The notes below the pieces were generated by a model. That model worked only from the letters and a program-made list of their open reading frames with translations, made no database searches and was not told the DNA's origin. A program made the position numbers and the translations under genes. 64,000 nt of DNA from Bacteroidales bacterium (GTDB lineage Bacteria; Bacteroidota; Bacteroidia; Bacteroidales; VadinHA17). Numbering within the stretch: position 1 is the first letter of the stretch; each line of letters starts with the position of its first letter. The DNA is taken from assembly GCA_034679225.1 (NCBI GenBank), contig JAXDBC010000038.1, forward strand, positions 10,595 through 74,594, read 5' to 3'. Shown here piece by piece: positions 1 to 12,437 of this stretch.

Positions 1-1
1 G

Positions 2-1885
2 GATGAGGATTACAAGATAAACATAATAGACACTCCAGGACACGTTGATTTCACAGTTGAGGTCGAACGTTCACTGAGAGTGCTTGACGGCGCTGTCGCA
101 ATATTCTGCGCTGTGGGAGGTGTTGAACCACAGTCGGAAACCGTGTGGAGACAGGCTAATACATATAGCGTTCCCCGAATCGCGTTCATAAATAAAATGG
201 ACCGGACCGGGGCAGATTTCTTCGGCGTCGTGAATGAGATAAATCAGAAACTGGATGCCAATCCAATACCGGTTCAAATCCCGATAGGAGCTGAAGAAAA
301 CTTCAGGGGAGTGGTCGACCTTATCAGGATGAAGGCAATAATCTGGTACAATAGCGATGTTACCGGAACCAGTTTCGAGATTGAAGATATTCAGGCAGAT
401 ATGCTTGAAGAAGCCAGGGAGTGGAGATCGAAACTTATTGAAGCTGTCGCGAGTGTCGACGACACCCTGCTTGAAAGGTATATCGACGACCAGGATTCAA
501 TTACGGAGTACGAAATTACCGCAGCCCTCAGGGAATCTACGCTCCGCGGGCTCGCGGTCCCGGTACTGTGCGGATCGGCATTCAAAAACAAAGGCATACA
601 GAGTCTTCTAAATTCAGTTGTGGCATTCCTCCCCTCACCGGTCGATATTGGTCCGGTAAAGGGAATAGACCCAAGAAACGACATCGAGGTCGTTAGAGAA
701 CCTGATGACCAGGCTCCACTTGCTGCCCTCGCTTTCAAGATCGCCACCGATCCTTTCGTGGGCCGGCTCGTGTTCCTCAGGATATACTCGGGAGTAATGA
801 ATGCCGGCGACACCCTACTGAATACCCGTACCGGCAAGAGGGAAAGGATAAACAGGCTCTTCGAGATGCATGCCAACAAACAGTCTCCGAAAGAACAGGT
901 CAGCGCCGGCGATATCTGCGCGGGAGTGGGATTCAAGGATCTCAAAACAGGTGATACCCTTTGCGCTATAAACAAGCCGGTAGTGCTCGAGTCAATGGAA
1001 TTTCCCGAACCCGTTATCGGCGTCGCGATAGAACCAAAGACTCAGGCTGATATCGACAAACTTTCGCTCGCGCTCGGAAAACTGGCAGAGGAGGATCCTA
1101 CCTTCCAGGTGAGAATCGATCCCGACAGCGGACAGACTATCATCAACGGCATGGGCGAACTCCACCTCGAAATACTCATCGACCGTCTGAAGCGTGAATT
1201 CAAGGTAGACTGCAACCAGGGTGTCCCCCAGGTGGCCTACAAGGAAGCTATCACAACCGTGATAGAGTTCAGGGAAGTATTCAGTAAGCAGACCGGGGGC
1301 AAGGGCAAATTCGCTGATATCTATGCAACACTGATGCCGGCAGAAAACGGAACAAGGGGACTGGAATTTGTAGATGAAGTAAAAGGAGGAAGAATACCGA
1401 AGGAATTTATTCCGGCGGTTGAAAAAGGATTCCGCGAGGCAATGTCGAACGGACCCCTTGCAGGGTTTCCTCTGGAAAATCTTAAAGTAATACTCAGAGA
1501 CGGTTCGTACCATCCGGTCGATTCGGATACCCTCTCTTTCGAAATAGTCGCCAAACAGGCATTCAGAAAATACGCCGGGAAATGCAATCCGGTGTTGCTG
1601 GAGCCCATTATGGCGACCGAGGTTATCACTCCCGAAGTATACGTGGGAGATGTGGTAAGCGATTTCAACAGGAGAAGAGGCAAGGTAGAAGGTATGGAAT
1701 CGAAAGCAGGTGCAAGGGTTGTAAAAGCAAAAGTACCTCTGGCAGAAAAATTTGGTTATGTCACCGTGCTGCGAACCCTTACTTCAGGAAGAGCAACTTC
1801 AACAATGGAATTCTCTCATTATGAGGAAGTGCCTGCAGAAATAGCTAAACGAATTGTAGAAATAACCAAAGGAAAATTTTTTTAA
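2..1885 (+). CDS. fusA: Elongation factor G, 5'-truncated by window edge
   Basis: Frame open from base 2 ([32 protein letters not shown]...). Full EF-G domain order up to the stop at 1885, directly upstream of rpsJ. Confidence 0.97.
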   Translation, partial: DEDYKINIIDTPGHVDFTVEVERSLRVLDGAVAIFCAVGGVEPQSETVWRQANTYSVPRIAFINKMDRTGADFFGVVNEINQKLDANPIPVQIPIGAEENFRGVVDLIRMKAIIWYNSDVTGTSFEIEDIQADMLEEAREWRSKLIEAVASVDDTLLERYIDDQDSITEYEITAALRESTLRGLAVPVLCGSAFKNKGIQSLLNSVVAFLPSPVDIGPVKGIDPRNDIEVVREPDDQAPLAALAFKIATDPFVGRLVFLRIYSGVMNAGDTLLNTRTGKRERINRLFEMHANKQSPKEQVSAGDICAGVGFKDLKTGDTLCAINKPVVLESMEFPEPVIGVAIEPKTQADIDKLSLALGKLAEEDPTFQVRIDPDSGQTIINGMGELHLEILIDRLKREFKVDCNQGVPQVAYKEAITTVIEFREVFSKQTGGKGKFADIYATLMPAENGTRGLEFVDEVKGGRIPKEFIPAVEKGFREAMSNGPLAGFPLENLKVILRDGSYHPVDSDTLSFEIVAKQAFRKYAGKCNPVLLEPIMATEVITPEVYVGDVVSDFNRRRGKVEGMESKAGARVVKAKVPLAEKFGYVTVLRTLTSGRATSTMEFSHYEEVPAEIAKRIVEITKGKFF

Positions 1886-1887
1886 AG

Positions 1888-2193
1888 ATGAGTCAGAAAA
1901 TCCGTATCAAGCTGAAATCTTATGATCATAATCTGGTGGACAAATCTGCCGAAAAGATCGTGAAGACAGTGAAATCAACCGGTGCAGTTGTGAGCGGCCC
2001 GATTCCGCTTCCGACACATAAGAAGATCTATACTGTTCTTCGTTCTCCGTTTGTGAACAAAAAGGCCAGGGAGCAGTTCCAGCTTTCAAGCTACAAGAGA
2101 CTGCTCGACATATACAGCTCAACGCCAAAAACGATTGATGCTCTTATGAAACTCGAGCTTCCCAGCGGGGTTGAAGTGGAAATAAAAGTGTGA
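1888..2193 (+). CDS. rpsJ: 30S ribosomal protein S10
   Basis: 101 aa, [10 protein letters not shown]...[12 protein letters not shown], first gene of the S10 operon. Confidence 0.97.
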   Translation: MSQKIRIKLKSYDHNLVDKSAEKIVKTVKSTGAVVSGPIPLPTHKKIYTVLRSPFVNKKAREQFQLSSYKRLLDIYSSTPKTIDALMKLELPSGVEVEIKV

Positions 2194-2214
2194 AACCAGT
2201 AAAGTATTATAGAG

Positions 2215-2835
2215 ATGCAGGGATTAATAGGAAAAAAGATAGGAATGACTTCCGTTTTCGATGAAGCCGGAAAGAATATTCCTTGCACTGTGCTCCAGGC
2301 AGGCCCGTGCGTGGTTACACAGATAAAAACCAGGGAAAAAGACGGGTATTTCGCTATTCAGCTGGGTTTCGGCGAAAAGAAGGAAAAACATACCACGAAG
2401 GCTGAACTCGGCCATTTCAAAAAGGCAGGCACAAGCCCCAAGAAAAAACTTGTTGAATTCAACGGCTTCCCAGAAGGCCAGTTCCGCGAAGGCGAGGTTC
2501 TTACCGCCGAGATATTTAATAACGAAGAATGGGTCGACGTTTGCGGATGGTCAAAGGGAAAAGGATTTCAGGGTGTCGTCAAACGTCATGGTTTCGGAGG
2601 AGTCGGTGACCAGAGTCACGGCCAGCATAACAGGGGCAGGGCACCGGGCTCACTGGGAGCATCATCTTTCCCCTCAAGGGTTCTGCCGGGTATGAAAATG
2701 GCAGGCCGCTTGGGCGGAACCAGAGTCTATGCCGAAAGCAAAAAAGTGATAAAGATCATGCCTGAAAGCAATATATTAATAGTAAAGGGATCAGTTCCGG
2801 GTCCCAAAGGTGGTTACGTAATAATTATAAAATAA
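2215..2835 (+). CDS. rplC: 50S ribosomal protein L3
   Basis: [14 protein letters not shown]-terminus and operon position. Confidence 0.97.
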   Translation: MQGLIGKKIGMTSVFDEAGKNIPCTVLQAGPCVVTQIKTREKDGYFAIQLGFGEKKEKHTTKAELGHFKKAGTSPKKKLVEFNGFPEGQFREGEVLTAEIFNNEEWVDVCGWSKGKGFQGVVKRHGFGGVGDQSHGQHNRGRAPGSLGASSFPSRVLPGMKMAGRLGGTRVYAESKKVIKIMPESNILIVKGSVPGPKGGYVIIIK

Positions 2836-3467
2836 TGGAATTAGCGATTCTTAATACCGAAGGCAAGGAGACCGGGAGAAAAGTCGTTCTTAACGACTCG
2901 ATCTTCGGCATCAAACCTAACGACCACGCCATTTATCTGGATACAAAGCAGTTTCTTGCAAACCAGCGACAGGGAACACATAAGGCCAAACAACGTGGAG
3001 AAGTTGCCGGCAGCAATAAGAAGATTAAAAGGCAGAAAGGAACCGGTACGGCGCGTGCCGGAAGCCTGAAAAACCCTCTTTTCCGCGGTGGTGGAAGAGT
3101 TTTCGGACCGCAACCAAGGTACTATGGTTTCAAGTTGAACAAAAAACTCAAGCAACTTGCCAGAAAATCAGCGCTTTCATATAAAGCTTCCGCGAATAAT
3201 ATCATTGTTCTGGAAGACTTCTCGTTTGAAGCACCAAAGACAAAGCAAATGGTCAGTTTGAACGATAAGCTGAATATCAGCAGGAAAAATTCGCTTATTG
3301 TTTTACCGGAACAAAATAAAAACATATATTTGTCATCCCGAAATGTACAAGGGGTTGAAGTTGTAACTGCCCATGAATTAAACACTTACAATATCATGAA
3401 AGCTTCAACACTGGTACTCGTGGAGAGTGCAATTGACGTTTTGCAGGCAACTTTTGAAAACATGTAA
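2835..3467 (+). CDS. rplD: 50S ribosomal protein L4
   Basis: [13 protein letters not shown]...[10 protein letters not shown] motif, start overlaps the rplC stop. Confidence 0.95.
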   Translation: MELAILNTEGKETGRKVVLNDSIFGIKPNDHAIYLDTKQFLANQRQGTHKAKQRGEVAGSNKKIKRQKGTGTARAGSLKNPLFRGGGRVFGPQPRYYGFKLNKKLKQLARKSALSYKASANNIIVLEDFSFEAPKTKQMVSLNDKLNISRKNSLIVLPEQNKNIYLSSRNVQGVEVVTAHELNTYNIMKASTLVLVESAIDVLQATFENM

Positions 3468-3477
3468 TATTTAAGTG

Positions 3478-3768
3478 ATGAATATTTTGCTTAAACCAAT
3501 AGTGACTGAAAAAATGACGAAAGACGGCGATAAATTCAATCGTTACGGTTTCGTCGTTGCCAGGTCGGCCAACAAGATCCAGATCAGGAAAGCGGTTGAG
3601 GAGCTTTACGGTGTCACGGTCGAATCGGTGAACACGATAAGATACGGCGGAAAGGTCAAGACAAGGAATACCAGGTCGGGTCTGCTCGTGGGCAAGTCGG
3701 CAGCTTTTAAAAAAGCTGTGGTCACCCTGGCTGAAGGGAATACAATAGATTTCTATAGCAACATTTAG
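3478..3768 (+). CDS. rplW: 50S ribosomal protein L23
   Basis: [10 protein letters not shown] motif. ATG at 3478 preferred over GTG at 3475. Confidence 0.93.
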   Translation: MNILLKPIVTEKMTKDGDKFNRYGFVVARSANKIQIRKAVEELYGVTVESVNTIRYGGKVKTRNTRSGLLVGKSAAFKKAVVTLAEGNTIDFYSNI

Positions 3769-3776
3769 CAACCAGT

Positions 3777-4604
3777 ATGGCAGTCAGAAAATTAAAACCT
3801 GTAACACCAGGTCAGCGACACAAAATCATCAGCGCCTTTGATACAATAACAAAGGCCGCGCCGGAGAAATCCTTGCTTCGACCGCTGAAGAAATCAGGAG
3901 GAAGGAACGTTAACGGCAGAATGACAATGAGGTACATCGGAGGCGGTCACAAAAAGATGTACAGGGTCATCGATTTCCTCAGGGATAAAGATGGCATACA
4001 TGCAACAGTGAAGACAATTGAATATGACCCCAACAGGTCATCGAGAATTGCACTTGTTGTTTATGAGGATGGAGAGAAAAGGTATATTATTGCCCCTAAC
4101 GGACTTAAGGTAGGGCAGGTTATAATCTCGGGAAAGGATGCCACACCCGAAATTGGCAACACCATGTTTCTGAATGACATCCCGCTAGGAACAGTTGTAC
4201 ACAACATCGAAATGAAACCCGGCAAGGGAGGAGCAATAGCCCGCAGCGCCGGTACTTTCGCGCAGCTTTCGGCAAGGGAAGGAAAGTATGCAACCATAAA
4301 GCTTCCCTCGGGTGAGACCAGGATGGTTCTGACTACCTGCCGCGCAACTATAGGAAGCGTGTCGAACTCCGATCATAACCTTGAGAAATCGGGCAAGGCT
4401 GGACGTTCACGCTGGAAAGGAAGGCGCCCGAGAGTAAGGGGTGTTGTGATGAACCCGGTCGACCACCCAATGGGCGGCGGCGAAGGAAGAGCTTCAGGAG
4501 GTCATCCCAGATCACGCAAAGGAATGCCGACAAAGGGCTACAAAACCCGCGACAGGAAGAAATATTCTTCAAAGCATATTCTTGAAAGAAGAAAAAATAA
4601 CTGA
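3777..4604 (+). CDS. rplB: 50S ribosomal protein L2
   Basis: 275 aa, GGGHKKMYR and [14 protein letters not shown] motifs. Confidence 0.97.
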   Translation: MAVRKLKPVTPGQRHKIISAFDTITKAAPEKSLLRPLKKSGGRNVNGRMTMRYIGGGHKKMYRVIDFLRDKDGIHATVKTIEYDPNRSSRIALVVYEDGEKRYIIAPNGLKVGQVIISGKDATPEIGNTMFLNDIPLGTVVHNIEMKPGKGGAIARSAGTFAQLSAREGKYATIKLPSGETRMVLTTCRATIGSVSNSDHNLEKSGKAGRSRWKGRRPRVRGVVMNPVDHPMGGGEGRASGGHPRSRKGMPTKGYKTRDRKKYSSKHILERRKNN

Positions 4605-4610
4605 TAAACT

Positions 4611-4874
4611 ATGAGCAGATCAATAAAGAAGGGCCCTTTCATCGAGTTCAAAATGGAAAAAAGGGTTCTTGAAATGAACAAGACAATGAAAAAGTCGGTC
4701 CTTAAGACATGGTCGAGAAGATCGGTAATCTCACCCGACTTTGTAGGACATACAATAGCTGTTCACAACGGCAATAAATTCATCCCTGTTTACATCACGG
4801 AGAACATGGTGGGACACAAACTCGGAGAATTTGCTCCCACGCGTACCTTCAGGGGTCACTCGGGCAACAAGTAA
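4611..4874 (+). CDS. rpsS: 30S ribosomal protein S19
   Basis: SRSIKKGPF...[23 protein letters not shown]. Confidence 0.97.
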   Translation: MSRSIKKGPFIEFKMEKRVLEMNKTMKKSVLKTWSRRSVISPDFVGHTIAVHNGNKFIPVYITENMVGHKLGEFAPTRTFRGHSGNK

Positions 4875-4897
4875 TGTAAACTGAAAAACATTGAGAC

Positions 4898-5317
4898 ATG
4901 GGTGCAAGAAAAAGAAATAGTGCAGAAAAGAGAAAAGAAGCTGCAAAAGAAAGATACCAGGCGGTTCTGAGGAACTGTCCGACATCACCCCGTAAAATGA
5001 GACTGGTAACGGAACTTATCAGAGGAATGGAAGTAAACAGGGCTCTCGACGTTCTGAAATTAAGTCCTCAGCAGGCATCTCGCAGCCTCGAAAAACTCCT
5101 GCTTTCCGCTATAGCCAACTGGGAATTGAAGAACGAGGGTGTCAGGATTGAGGAGAGCAATCTGTATGTGAAAAATATCAATGTCGACGGCGGACGTACT
5201 ATGAAAAGGCTGCAGACAGCTCCCCAGGGCAGAGCTTACAGGATAAGAAAGAGATCAAACCATGTGACACTGGTGCTCGACAGTATGAACAAGGAAGGTG
5301 AAAATACATCAAAATAA
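4898..5317 (+). CDS. rplV: 50S ribosomal protein L22
   Basis: [11 protein letters not shown] motif and operon order. Confidence 0.95.
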   Translation: MGARKRNSAEKRKEAAKERYQAVLRNCPTSPRKMRLVTELIRGMEVNRALDVLKLSPQQASRSLEKLLLSAIANWELKNEGVRIEESNLYVKNINVDGGRTMKRLQTAPQGRAYRIRKRSNHVTLVLDSMNKEGENTSK

Positions 5318-5322
5318 TCCAG

Positions 5323-6021
5323 ATGGGACAAAAAACAAATCCGATAGGTAACAGATTAGGCATTATCAAAGGCTGGGATTCGAACTGGTATGGAGGAAAG
5401 GATTTCTCCGGAAAATTGGTCGAAGACACCAAGATCAGGGAATATCTGAATGCAAGGCTTGCAAAGGCAAGCCTTGCGAAGATAGTAATTGAGAGAACCC
5501 TGAAGCTCATAACCGTGACCGTTAACACCGCGCGACCGGGCATCATTATCGGAAAGGGAGGTCAGGAGGTTGACAAGCTTAAGGAGGAACTGAAAAAGAT
5601 AACAAAAAAAGAGGTTCAGATTAATATCTTCGAGGTCAAGCGCCCTGAACTTGATGCCAATATCGTTGCTAACAACATAGCCCGCCAGCTGGAAGGAAAG
5701 ATATCATACCGCAGGGCAATAAAGATGTCGATAGCCTCCACAATGAGAATGGGAGCTGAAGGTATCAAGGTCGTGATCTCAGGTCGCCTGGGAGGAGCTG
5801 AAATGGCAAGAACCGAAACCTACAAGGAAGGACGAATACCCCTTCACACCCTTCGAGCAGATATTGACTATGCCCTCGGCGAAGCACATACAAAGGTAGG
5901 CCTGATTGGTATCAAAGTGTGGATATGCAACGGAGAAGTCTACGGAAAAAGAGACCTCAGCCCCAACATCGGTATAAGGAATGCCAAGAGCAAAACACTT
6001 AAAAGGAAAGCAAAGAGGTAA
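5323..6021 (+). CDS. rpsC: 30S ribosomal protein S3
   Basis: [15 protein letters not shown]-terminus, KH domain. Confidence 0.97.
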   Translation: MGQKTNPIGNRLGIIKGWDSNWYGGKDFSGKLVEDTKIREYLNARLAKASLAKIVIERTLKLITVTVNTARPGIIIGKGGQEVDKLKEELKKITKKEVQINIFEVKRPELDANIVANNIARQLEGKISYRRAIKMSIASTMRMGAEGIKVVISGRLGGAEMARTETYKEGRIPLHTLRADIDYALGEAHTKVGLIGIKVWICNGEVYGKRDLSPNIGIRNAKSKTLKRKAKR

Positions 6022-6060
6022 ACCTCAGTGATTAGAAATTTTTTAAAAGATATTTGAGCC

Positions 6061-6483
6061 ATGTTACAACCGAAAAGGACCAAATACAGAAGAGCACAGA
6101 AAGGAAAGATGAAGGGAATAGCCCAGAGGGGAAATCAGCTTGCTTTCGGATCTTTTGGCATCAAGGCGCTTGAACAGTGCTGGATCACGGGAAGACAGAT
6201 TGAAGCTGCCCGCCAGGCTGTTACCCGTTATATGAAACGTGAAGGCCAGATATGGATCAGGGTGTTTCCCGACAAACCCATTACAAAGAAGCCTGCCGAG
6301 GTGCGTATGGGTAAGGGAAAAGGATCACCGGAAGGATTTGTTGTCCCCGTAACACCCGGAAGAATTATTATAGAAGCCGAAGGAGTACCCTTTGATGTGG
6401 CTAGGGAAGCCTTAAGGCTTGGTGCTCAGAAGCTCCCGATAACTACTAAATTCATTGTCAGGACGGATTACGTTCATGAATAA
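6061..6483 (+). CDS. rplP: 50S ribosomal protein L16
   Basis: [16 protein letters not shown]-terminus. Confidence 0.97.
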   Translation: MLQPKRTKYRRAQKGKMKGIAQRGNQLAFGSFGIKALEQCWITGRQIEAARQAVTRYMKREGQIWIRVFPDKPITKKPAEVRMGKGKGSPEGFVVPVTPGRIIIEAEGVPFDVAREALRLGAQKLPITTKFIVRTDYVHE

Positions 6484-6498
6484 AACACGGAGAAAGAA

Positions 6499-6705
6499 AT
6501 GAAAACTTCAGAAATAAGGGAATTAAGCACACCGGATATTATTGAAAGAATAGATACCGAGAGAACCATGCTTGTCCGCATGAAGCTTAATCATGCAATA
6601 AACCCAATGGATAATCCGCAGAAGATGAAAGAGATCAAACTTACGATCGCGCGTCTTCTCACCGAACTCCGTTCAAGGGAACTAAAAGAAAAATCGAAAA
6701 TCTAG
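6499..6705 (+). CDS. rpmC: 50S ribosomal protein L29
   Basis: 68 aa, position between rplP and rpsQ, EIRELS start. Confidence 0.93.
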   Translation: MKTSEIRELSTPDIIERIDTERTMLVRMKLNHAINPMDNPQKMKEIKLTIARLLTELRSRELKEKSKI

Positions 6706-6712
6706 TCAGGCA

Positions 6713-6967
6713 ATGGAAAGGAATAACAGAAAAGAACGTATCGGTGTTGTTGTCAGCAACAAGATGGACAAATCGATAGTGGTAGCAATCAAGAGGAAGG
6801 TAAAACATCCCATTTATGGCAAGTTCGTGAACAAGACAAAGAAACTGATGGCTCACGATGAAGAGAATACTTGCAACATCGGCGATACGGTGAGGATCTC
6901 CGAAACCAGACCCTTGAGCAGGAATAAAACATGGAGATTGGTTGAAGTAATTGAAAGAGCGAAGTAG
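6713..6967 (+). CDS. rpsQ: 30S ribosomal protein S17
   Basis: [16 protein letters not shown]...HDEEN..GD motif. Confidence 0.95.
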   Translation: MERNNRKERIGVVVSNKMDKSIVVAIKRKVKHPIYGKFVNKTKKLMAHDEENTCNIGDTVRISETRPLSRNKTWRLVEVIERAK

Positions 6968-6969
6968 TC

Positions 6970-7335
6970 ATGATACAGCAGGAAACCAGGTTAACAGTAG
7001 CCGATAACTCCGGAGCAAAGGAAGTCTTGTGCATAAGGGTGCTCGGCGGCAGTAGAAAGAGATATGCCTCAGTCGGCGATACCATCGTTGTCAGCGTCAA
7101 AAGCGCTCTCCCTTCCGGCGAAGCCAAAAAGGGAACGGTAAGCAAGGCTGTCGTTGTCAGAACAAAAAAAGAGATACGCCGTGCCGACGGATCATACATC
7201 AGATTCGACGACAATGCAGTGGTCCTTCTGAACAATATGAACGAAGTAAGGGGTACCCGTATCTTCGGCCCGGTGGCAAGGGAATTACGCGACAAGTATA
7301 TGAAAATCGTCTCTCTTGCACCTGAAGTACTTTAA
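6970..7335 (+). CDS. rplN: 50S ribosomal protein L14
   Basis: [18 protein letters not shown]-terminus. Confidence 0.97.
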   Translation: MIQQETRLTVADNSGAKEVLCIRVLGGSRKRYASVGDTIVVSVKSALPSGEAKKGTVSKAVVVRTKKEIRRADGSYIRFDDNAVVLLNNMNEVRGTRIFGPVARELRDKYMKIVSLAPEVL

Positions 7336-7352
7336 TTTTTAAACCAAGAGCA

Positions 7353-7676
7353 ATGCAGAAGAAACTACATATCAAAAAGGGCGATACGGTAATGGTCATT
7401 TCCGGCGAATCGAAAGGTCAGAAAGGACGTGTCCTTAACGTTGACAGGGCTAAGGAACGTGCCATCGTCGAGGGAGTGAACACCGTCTCCAAGCACACGA
7501 AACCCAACGCGAAATCGCCCCAGGGAGGTATTATCAGGAAAGAAGCCCCGATTCACATTTCGAACCTCATGATCGTTGATCCGGCTTCCGGAAAGCCAAC
7601 CAGGATCGGCAGGAGGCTCAATGATAAAAATAAACTAGTGCGTTATTCTAAAAAATCAGGAGAGGAGATCAAGTAA
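7353..7676 (+). CDS. rplX: 50S ribosomal protein L24
   Basis: [21 protein letters not shown] motif. Confidence 0.95.
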   Translation: MQKKLHIKKGDTVMVISGESKGQKGRVLNVDRAKERAIVEGVNTVSKHTKPNAKSPQGGIIRKEAPIHISNLMIVDPASGKPTRIGRRLNDKNKLVRYSKKSGEEIK

Positions 7677-8227
7677 TGTATACACCTGTATTGAAAACCA
7701 AATATAAGAAAGAGATAGTCCCCGCTCTAATGAAGGAGTTCAGCTACTCGACTGTTATGCAGGTACCGAGGCTGACCAAGATTGTCCTTAACCAGGGGGT
7801 CGGACAGGGAATAGCCGACAAGAAACTGCTCGAAGCCAGTGTTAAGGAATTAACAGATATCGCGGGCCAAAAAGCTGTGCAGACTTATTCCACAAAGGAC
7901 ATCTCAAATTTCAAACTAAGGAAAAACATGCCTATCGGCGTTATGGTAACACTACGCCAGGACAGGATGTACGAGTTCCTTGAAAGACTTATCGCTGTTG
8001 CATTGCCCAGGATCCGTGACTTCAAGGGGATCAGCTCAAAACTCGACGGAAGGGGAAATTATACTCTCGGGATCACCGAACAGATAATATTCCCGGAGAT
8101 TGACATCGACAAGGTTACCAAGATCATGGGTTTGCAGATGACTTTCGTGACAACTGCCAAAAGCGATGAGGAAGCCCTTTCACTGCTGAAACATTTCGGA
8201 TTACCTTTTAAAAACACTAAAAACTGA
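7676..8227 (+). CDS. rplE: 50S ribosomal protein L5
   Basis: 183 aa, NVMQVPRL-type N-terminus, TAATG overlap with rplX. Confidence 0.96.
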   Translation: MYTPVLKTKYKKEIVPALMKEFSYSTVMQVPRLTKIVLNQGVGQGIADKKLLEASVKELTDIAGQKAVQTYSTKDISNFKLRKNMPIGVMVTLRQDRMYEFLERLIAVALPRIRDFKGISSKLDGRGNYTLGITEQIIFPEIDIDKVTKIMGLQMTFVTTAKSDEEALSLLKHFGLPFKNTKN

Positions 8228-8231
8228 TTAT

Positions 8232-8501
8232 ATGGCTAAAGAATCAATGGTAGCCCGCGAAGTAAAACGCGCGAAACTGGTTGAAAAATACTCTGCTAAA
8301 AGAGCAAAACTGAAAGCAGAAGGCGATTATGTCGGGCTGAGCCGTCTGCCCAGAAACTCCAATCCCATAAGGCTGCGTAACAGGTGCAGGATCACAGGCC
8401 GTACAAGAGGCTACATGAGGCAGTTCGGAATAAGCAGGATAACATTCAGGGAGATGGCTTCCTTTGGTATTATACCGGGTGTAAAGAAAGCAAGCTGGTA
8501 A
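8232..8501 (+). CDS. rpsN: 30S ribosomal protein S14 (long form without the Cys pairs)
   Basis: 89 aa, [21 protein letters not shown]...ASW C-terminus. Confidence 0.95.
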   Translation: MAKESMVAREVKRAKLVEKYSAKRAKLKAEGDYVGLSRLPRNSNPIRLRNRCRITGRTRGYMRQFGISRITFREMASFGIIPGVKKASW

Positions 8502-8541
8502 AACAGATAATGAATATTAACAATAAGAAAGAATAATAGAA

Positions 8542-8940
8542 ATGACTGATCCCATTGCAGATTTGCTGACCAGAATCAGGAATGCCCTTATGGCTGGTCA
8601 TAAGGTTGTAGAAGCTCCGGCATCAAATCTAAAAAAGGAGATTGCCAGGATACTTTTCGAGAAAGGCTATATCCTGAGCTACAAACTGATCGAGGGAGAA
8701 AATGGCCAGGGTACGCTTAAAATAGCCCTGAAATACAATCCAAGGAGCAAGCAGCCGGCTATCAAAAGTATACAAAGGGCCAGTCGTCCCGGCCTGAGAA
8801 AATACTCCGGTGCCGATGAACTGCCACGAGTGCTAAACGGGCTGGGAATTGCCATTATCTCCACCTCCAGGGGACTTATGACCGACAAGGAGGCAAGAAA
8901 AGAAAATGTTGGTGGTGAAGTATTATGTTATGTATACTAA
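8542..8940 (+). CDS. rpsH: 30S ribosomal protein S8
   Basis: [16 protein letters not shown]-terminus. Confidence 0.97.
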   Translation: MTDPIADLLTRIRNALMAGHKVVEAPASNLKKEIARILFEKGYILSYKLIEGENGQGTLKIALKYNPRSKQPAIKSIQRASRPGLRKYSGADELPRVLNGLGIAIISTSRGLMTDKEARKENVGGEVLCYVY

Positions 8941-8956
8941 ATAGGAGGATATTTTA

Positions 8957-9511
8957 ATGTCACGAATAGGAAAATTACCTGTAAACCTGCCCAAAGGAGT
9001 CAGCGTTGAGATCAGCGACTCCAATGTGATCAGTGTGAAAGGGCCTCTGGGAGAACTGAAGCAGAGTATTGCCAAAGATATAAAGGTTGAGGTTGAAAAT
9101 AATAGCATCATCGTTACAAGACCTTCGGAATCGAAGATCCATAAATCCCTTCACGGCCTTACAAGGGCACTGATCGCGAACATGGTGACAGGTGTTTCGG
9201 AGGGCTTTAAGAAGGAGCTTGAACTGGTGGGTGTCGGATTCCAGGCGGTAGCAAAGGGACAATTGCTTGAAATGAGCCTTGGCTATTCCCACGACATAAT
9301 CCTGGAACTTCCCCGGGAAGTAAAGGTGGAAACCAAAACCGAGAGAAGAAGCAATCCGATTATTACCCTTACCTGTACCGACAAGCAGCTGATCGGCCAT
9401 GTTGCCGCGAAGATAAGATCCCTGCGTCCACCGGAACCCTATAAGGGTAAGGGAATTAAATTTGTCGGTGAACAACTCAGAAGAAAAGCAGGCAAATCAG
9501 CTAGTGTATAA
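8957..9511 (+). CDS. rplF: 50S ribosomal protein L6
   Basis: MSRIGKLPV N-terminus, PEPYKGKGI motif. Confidence 0.97.
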   Translation: MSRIGKLPVNLPKGVSVEISDSNVISVKGPLGELKQSIAKDIKVEVENNSIIVTRPSESKIHKSLHGLTRALIANMVTGVSEGFKKELELVGVGFQAVAKGQLLEMSLGYSHDIILELPREVKVETKTERRSNPIITLTCTDKQLIGHVAAKIRSLRPPEPYKGKGIKFVGEQLRRKAGKSASV

Positions 9512-9532
9512 AACGGTTAAATAATAATTGAC

Positions 9533-9892
9533 ATGGCTTTAACCAAACTGGAAAAAAGAAACAGGATCCGGATGAGAATCCGGAAAAAAATAAACGGAAC
9601 TGCCGAAAAACCGCGTATTGCAGTATTCCGCAGCAACAAGCAGATCTACGCCCAGGTCGTTGATGACAACAAAGGAGTTACTATCCTTTCGGTCAGCTCA
9701 AGGGAAAAGGAATTGGCCGGACAGACGGGCCTTAAAAAGACCGAACAGGCTAAACTGGTTGGAAAATCACTTGCTGAAAAATGTAAGGAAAAAGGCATCG
9801 AGAATGTGGTTTTCGACAGAAGCGGTTATAAATATCATGGTAGAGTAAAATCATTGGCTGAAGCAGCCCGCGAAGGCGGTCTAAAATTCTGA
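9533..9892 (+). CDS. rplR: 50S ribosomal protein L18
   Basis: [18 protein letters not shown] motif. Confidence 0.96.
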   Translation: MALTKLEKRNRIRMRIRKKINGTAEKPRIAVFRSNKQIYAQVVDDNKGVTILSVSSREKELAGQTGLKKTEQAKLVGKSLAEKCKEKGIENVVFDRSGYKYHGRVKSLAEAAREGGLKF

Positions 9893-9896
9893 TATT

Positions 9897-10412
9897 ATGG
9901 GAAACGGAATAAGAAAAGTAAAAACCAGCGATCTCGAACTCAAGGACAGACTTGTTAGCATACAAAGAGTTACAAAGGTTACAAAAGGAGGGCGCACCTT
10001 CAGTTTTTCGGCAATTGTTGTTGTGGGAAATGAAGACGGAATAGTAGGACACGGGCTCGGAAAAGCCAGTGAAGTGACCACTGCAATTGCAAAGGGTATT
10101 GAGGATGCCAAGAAAAACCTGATCAGGGTGCCGGTAATTCATGGAACAATTCCGCACGAGCAGCTTGCCAAATACGGAGGAGCAAAGGTGTTTATCAAAC
10201 CGGCCACCGAAGGAACCGGGGTAAAAGCCGGTGGAGCAATGCGTGCAGTGTTAGAGAGCGTAGGTGTAAAGAACGTGCTCGCGAAATCGAAGGGCTCTTC
10301 CAACCCGCACAACCTTGTAAAGGCAACTTTCGCAGCTCTTCTTGAGATGCGCGATGCAGTTACCGTTGCCGAACAAAGGGGTGTAACTCTGGAAAAAGTG
10401 TTTAACGGATAG
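9897..10412 (+). CDS. rpsE: 30S ribosomal protein S5
   Basis: [22 protein letters not shown] motif. Confidence 0.97.
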   Translation: MGNGIRKVKTSDLELKDRLVSIQRVTKVTKGGRTFSFSAIVVVGNEDGIVGHGLGKASEVTTAIAKGIEDAKKNLIRVPVIHGTIPHEQLAKYGGAKVFIKPATEGTGVKAGGAMRAVLESVGVKNVLAKSKGSSNPHNLVKATFAALLEMRDAVTVAEQRGVTLEKVFNG

Positions 10413-10426
10413 AAAAGCAAAGCACA

Positions 10427-10606
10427 ATGGCAAAAATTCGCATTACCCAGGTAAAAAGCAAAATCGGAAAACCCGAAAGACAGAAGAGAACTCTCGAAGC
10501 ACTGGGAATTAAAAAGCTTAACCATAGTGTTGAACATGAAGCCACTCCACAAATACTGGGAATGGTTGAAAAAGTGAAGCACCTGGTTAAAATTGAGAAT
10601 ATTTAG
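10427..10606 (+). CDS. rpmD: 50S ribosomal protein L30 (59 aa, below the ORF-track cutoff)
   Basis: Hand translation gives MAKIRITQVKSKIGKPERQKRTLEALGIKKLNHSVEHEATPQILGMVEKVKHLVKIENI with TAG at 10604-10606. Canonical slot between rpsE and rplO. Confidence 0.93.
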   Translation: MAKIRITQVKSKIGKPERQKRTLEALGIKKLNHSVEHEATPQILGMVEKVKHLVKIENI

Positions 10607-10635
10607 GATATTAACGGTATTATATTGATATTATA

Positions 10636-11082
10636 ATGGATCTAAGTAACTTAAAACCTGCGAAGGGATCAGTAAAGAAAAGCAAGCGCCTTGGCCGCGG
10701 ACAGGGTTCCGGAAAAGGCGGTACTTCCACCAGGGGACATAAGGGAGCCAAACAGCGTTCAGGTTATAAGAAGAAATTAGGCTTTGAGGGAGGTCAGATG
10801 CCCCTGCAGAGACGACTTCCAAAGGGCGGTTTCAAAAATATATCCCGCGTCGAGTATAAGGCTATAAACCTCAGTACCCTGCAGACACTTGCCGAAAAAA
10901 ATCAACTTGAAAGGATCGATATAGAGATTCTCAGATCGGCAGGGCTTGTTTCAAAAAATGCCCTTGTAAAAATTCTGGGCAGGGGAAAGCTTGAAAGAAA
11001 ACTGGAGGTCCATGCCCACTCATTCAGTAAATCGGCAGCAGAAGCAATTGAAGCTCAGAACGGTACCGTCGTAAAAATATAA
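10636..11082 (+). CDS. rplO: 50S ribosomal protein L15
   Basis: Gly/Lys-rich N-terminus (GRGQGSGKGGTSTRGHKG) and operon order. Confidence 0.96.
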   Translation: MDLSNLKPAKGSVKKSKRLGRGQGSGKGGTSTRGHKGAKQRSGYKKKLGFEGGQMPLQRRLPKGGFKNISRVEYKAINLSTLQTLAEKNQLERIDIEILRSAGLVSKNALVKILGRGKLERKLEVHAHSFSKSAAEAIEAQNGTVVKI

Positions 11083-11086
11083 GTTC

Positions 11087-12418
11087 ATGAGATTTTTCCA
11101 GACTATAAGAAACATTTTCAAGATCGAAGATCTTAGGGCAAGACTGATCTATACACTGGCCATAATTGCTCTTTACAGGCTTGGCAAGTATGTGACACTG
11201 CCGGGCGTCGATCCATCACAGCTCGGAGCTCTCAAGGCACAGACTTCCCAGGGGCTGATGGGACTTCTTGACATGTTCTCGGGAGGAGCCTTTTCGCAGG
11301 CATCAGTCTTTGCACTGGGTATAATGCCATATATATCAGCCTCAATCGTGGTACAGCTGCTGGGAATCGTATTCCCGTATTTCCAGAAACTCCAGAGGGA
11401 AGGAGAAAGCGGAAGAAGGAAAATGAACCAGTACACCAGATATCTTACTGTCGCTATCCTTGTTCTTCAGGCCCCAACATACCTTGTAAACCTTTCCGCT
11501 CAGCTTCCGGCAAGCGCTTTTGTTCTTGAGAACGGCTTCTTCTTCAAATTGTCGTCAACAATTATTCTTACCGCGGGAACCATGTTCGTGATGTGGCTCG
11601 GTGAAAGAATAACCGATAAAGGTATAGGAAACGGTATTTCGCTCATCATCATGATCGGGATCGTTGCACGACTGCCCCAGAACTTCATATTCGAAGCCGG
11701 AACCAGGATGAACGGTGCAGGAGGTCCTATCGGACTCATAGTTGAGATAGTGATTTTGTTTGTAATTATTCTTGGAACTATTCTTCTGGTTCAGGGAACA
11801 AGAAGGGTGCCGGTGCAGTATGCCAGACGAATTGTAGGCAACAAGCAGTACGGCGGCGTACGTCAGTACATACCCCTGAAAGTGAATGCCGCAGGTGTTA
11901 TGCCAATCATTTTTGCCCAGGCAATAATGATGCTTCCGATAATAATAGCAGGCTATGCTCAGTCAAGCTCGGGATTCGTGGTGGCTTTCTCAAACATGTA
12001 CGGGTTCTGGTATAACCTGGTTACAGCTATTCTGATCATTCTTTTTACATACTTCTACACTGCCGTCACAATCAATCCTGTACAGATGGCTGAGGATATG
12101 AAGAAGAACGGGGGATTCATCCCCGGCATCAAACCGGGAAGGAAAACGGTCGAGTTCTTCGACACAATAATGTCGAGAATCACATTGCCGGGTTCCATCT
12201 TCCTTGCACTTATTGCCGTTCTGCCGGCCATCGCCGTTAAATTCTCGGTAACGCCGCAGTTTGCTCAGTTTTACGGAGGTACTTCCCTCCTTATTCTTGT
12301 AGGGGTGGTGCTTGATACGCTGCAGCAGATAGAAAGCCACCTGCTTATGCGTCATTACGACGGTCTCATGAAATCGGGTCGTGTCAAGGGCAGATCCGGC
12401 TCCGTGAGGTCAGTTTAA
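11087..12418 (+). CDS. secY: Preprotein translocase subunit SecY
   Basis: 443 aa, 10-TM pattern, GIMPYISASIVVQLL motif. Confidence 0.97.
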   Translation: MRFFQTIRNIFKIEDLRARLIYTLAIIALYRLGKYVTLPGVDPSQLGALKAQTSQGLMGLLDMFSGGAFSQASVFALGIMPYISASIVVQLLGIVFPYFQKLQREGESGRRKMNQYTRYLTVAILVLQAPTYLVNLSAQLPASAFVLENGFFFKLSSTIILTAGTMFVMWLGERITDKGIGNGISLIIMIGIVARLPQNFIFEAGTRMNGAGGPIGLIVEIVILFVIILGTILLVQGTRRVPVQYARRIVGNKQYGGVRQYIPLKVNAAGVMPIIFAQAIMMLPIIIAGYAQSSSGFVVAFSNMYGFWYNLVTAILIILFTYFYTAVTINPVQMAEDMKKNGGFIPGIKPGRKTVEFFDTIMSRITLPGSIFLALIAVLPAIAVKFSVTPQFAQFYGGTSLLILVGVVLDTLQQIESHLLMRHYDGLMKSGRVKGRSGSVRSV

Positions 12419-12437
12419 CAAAGTTCAGCGTTCTTTG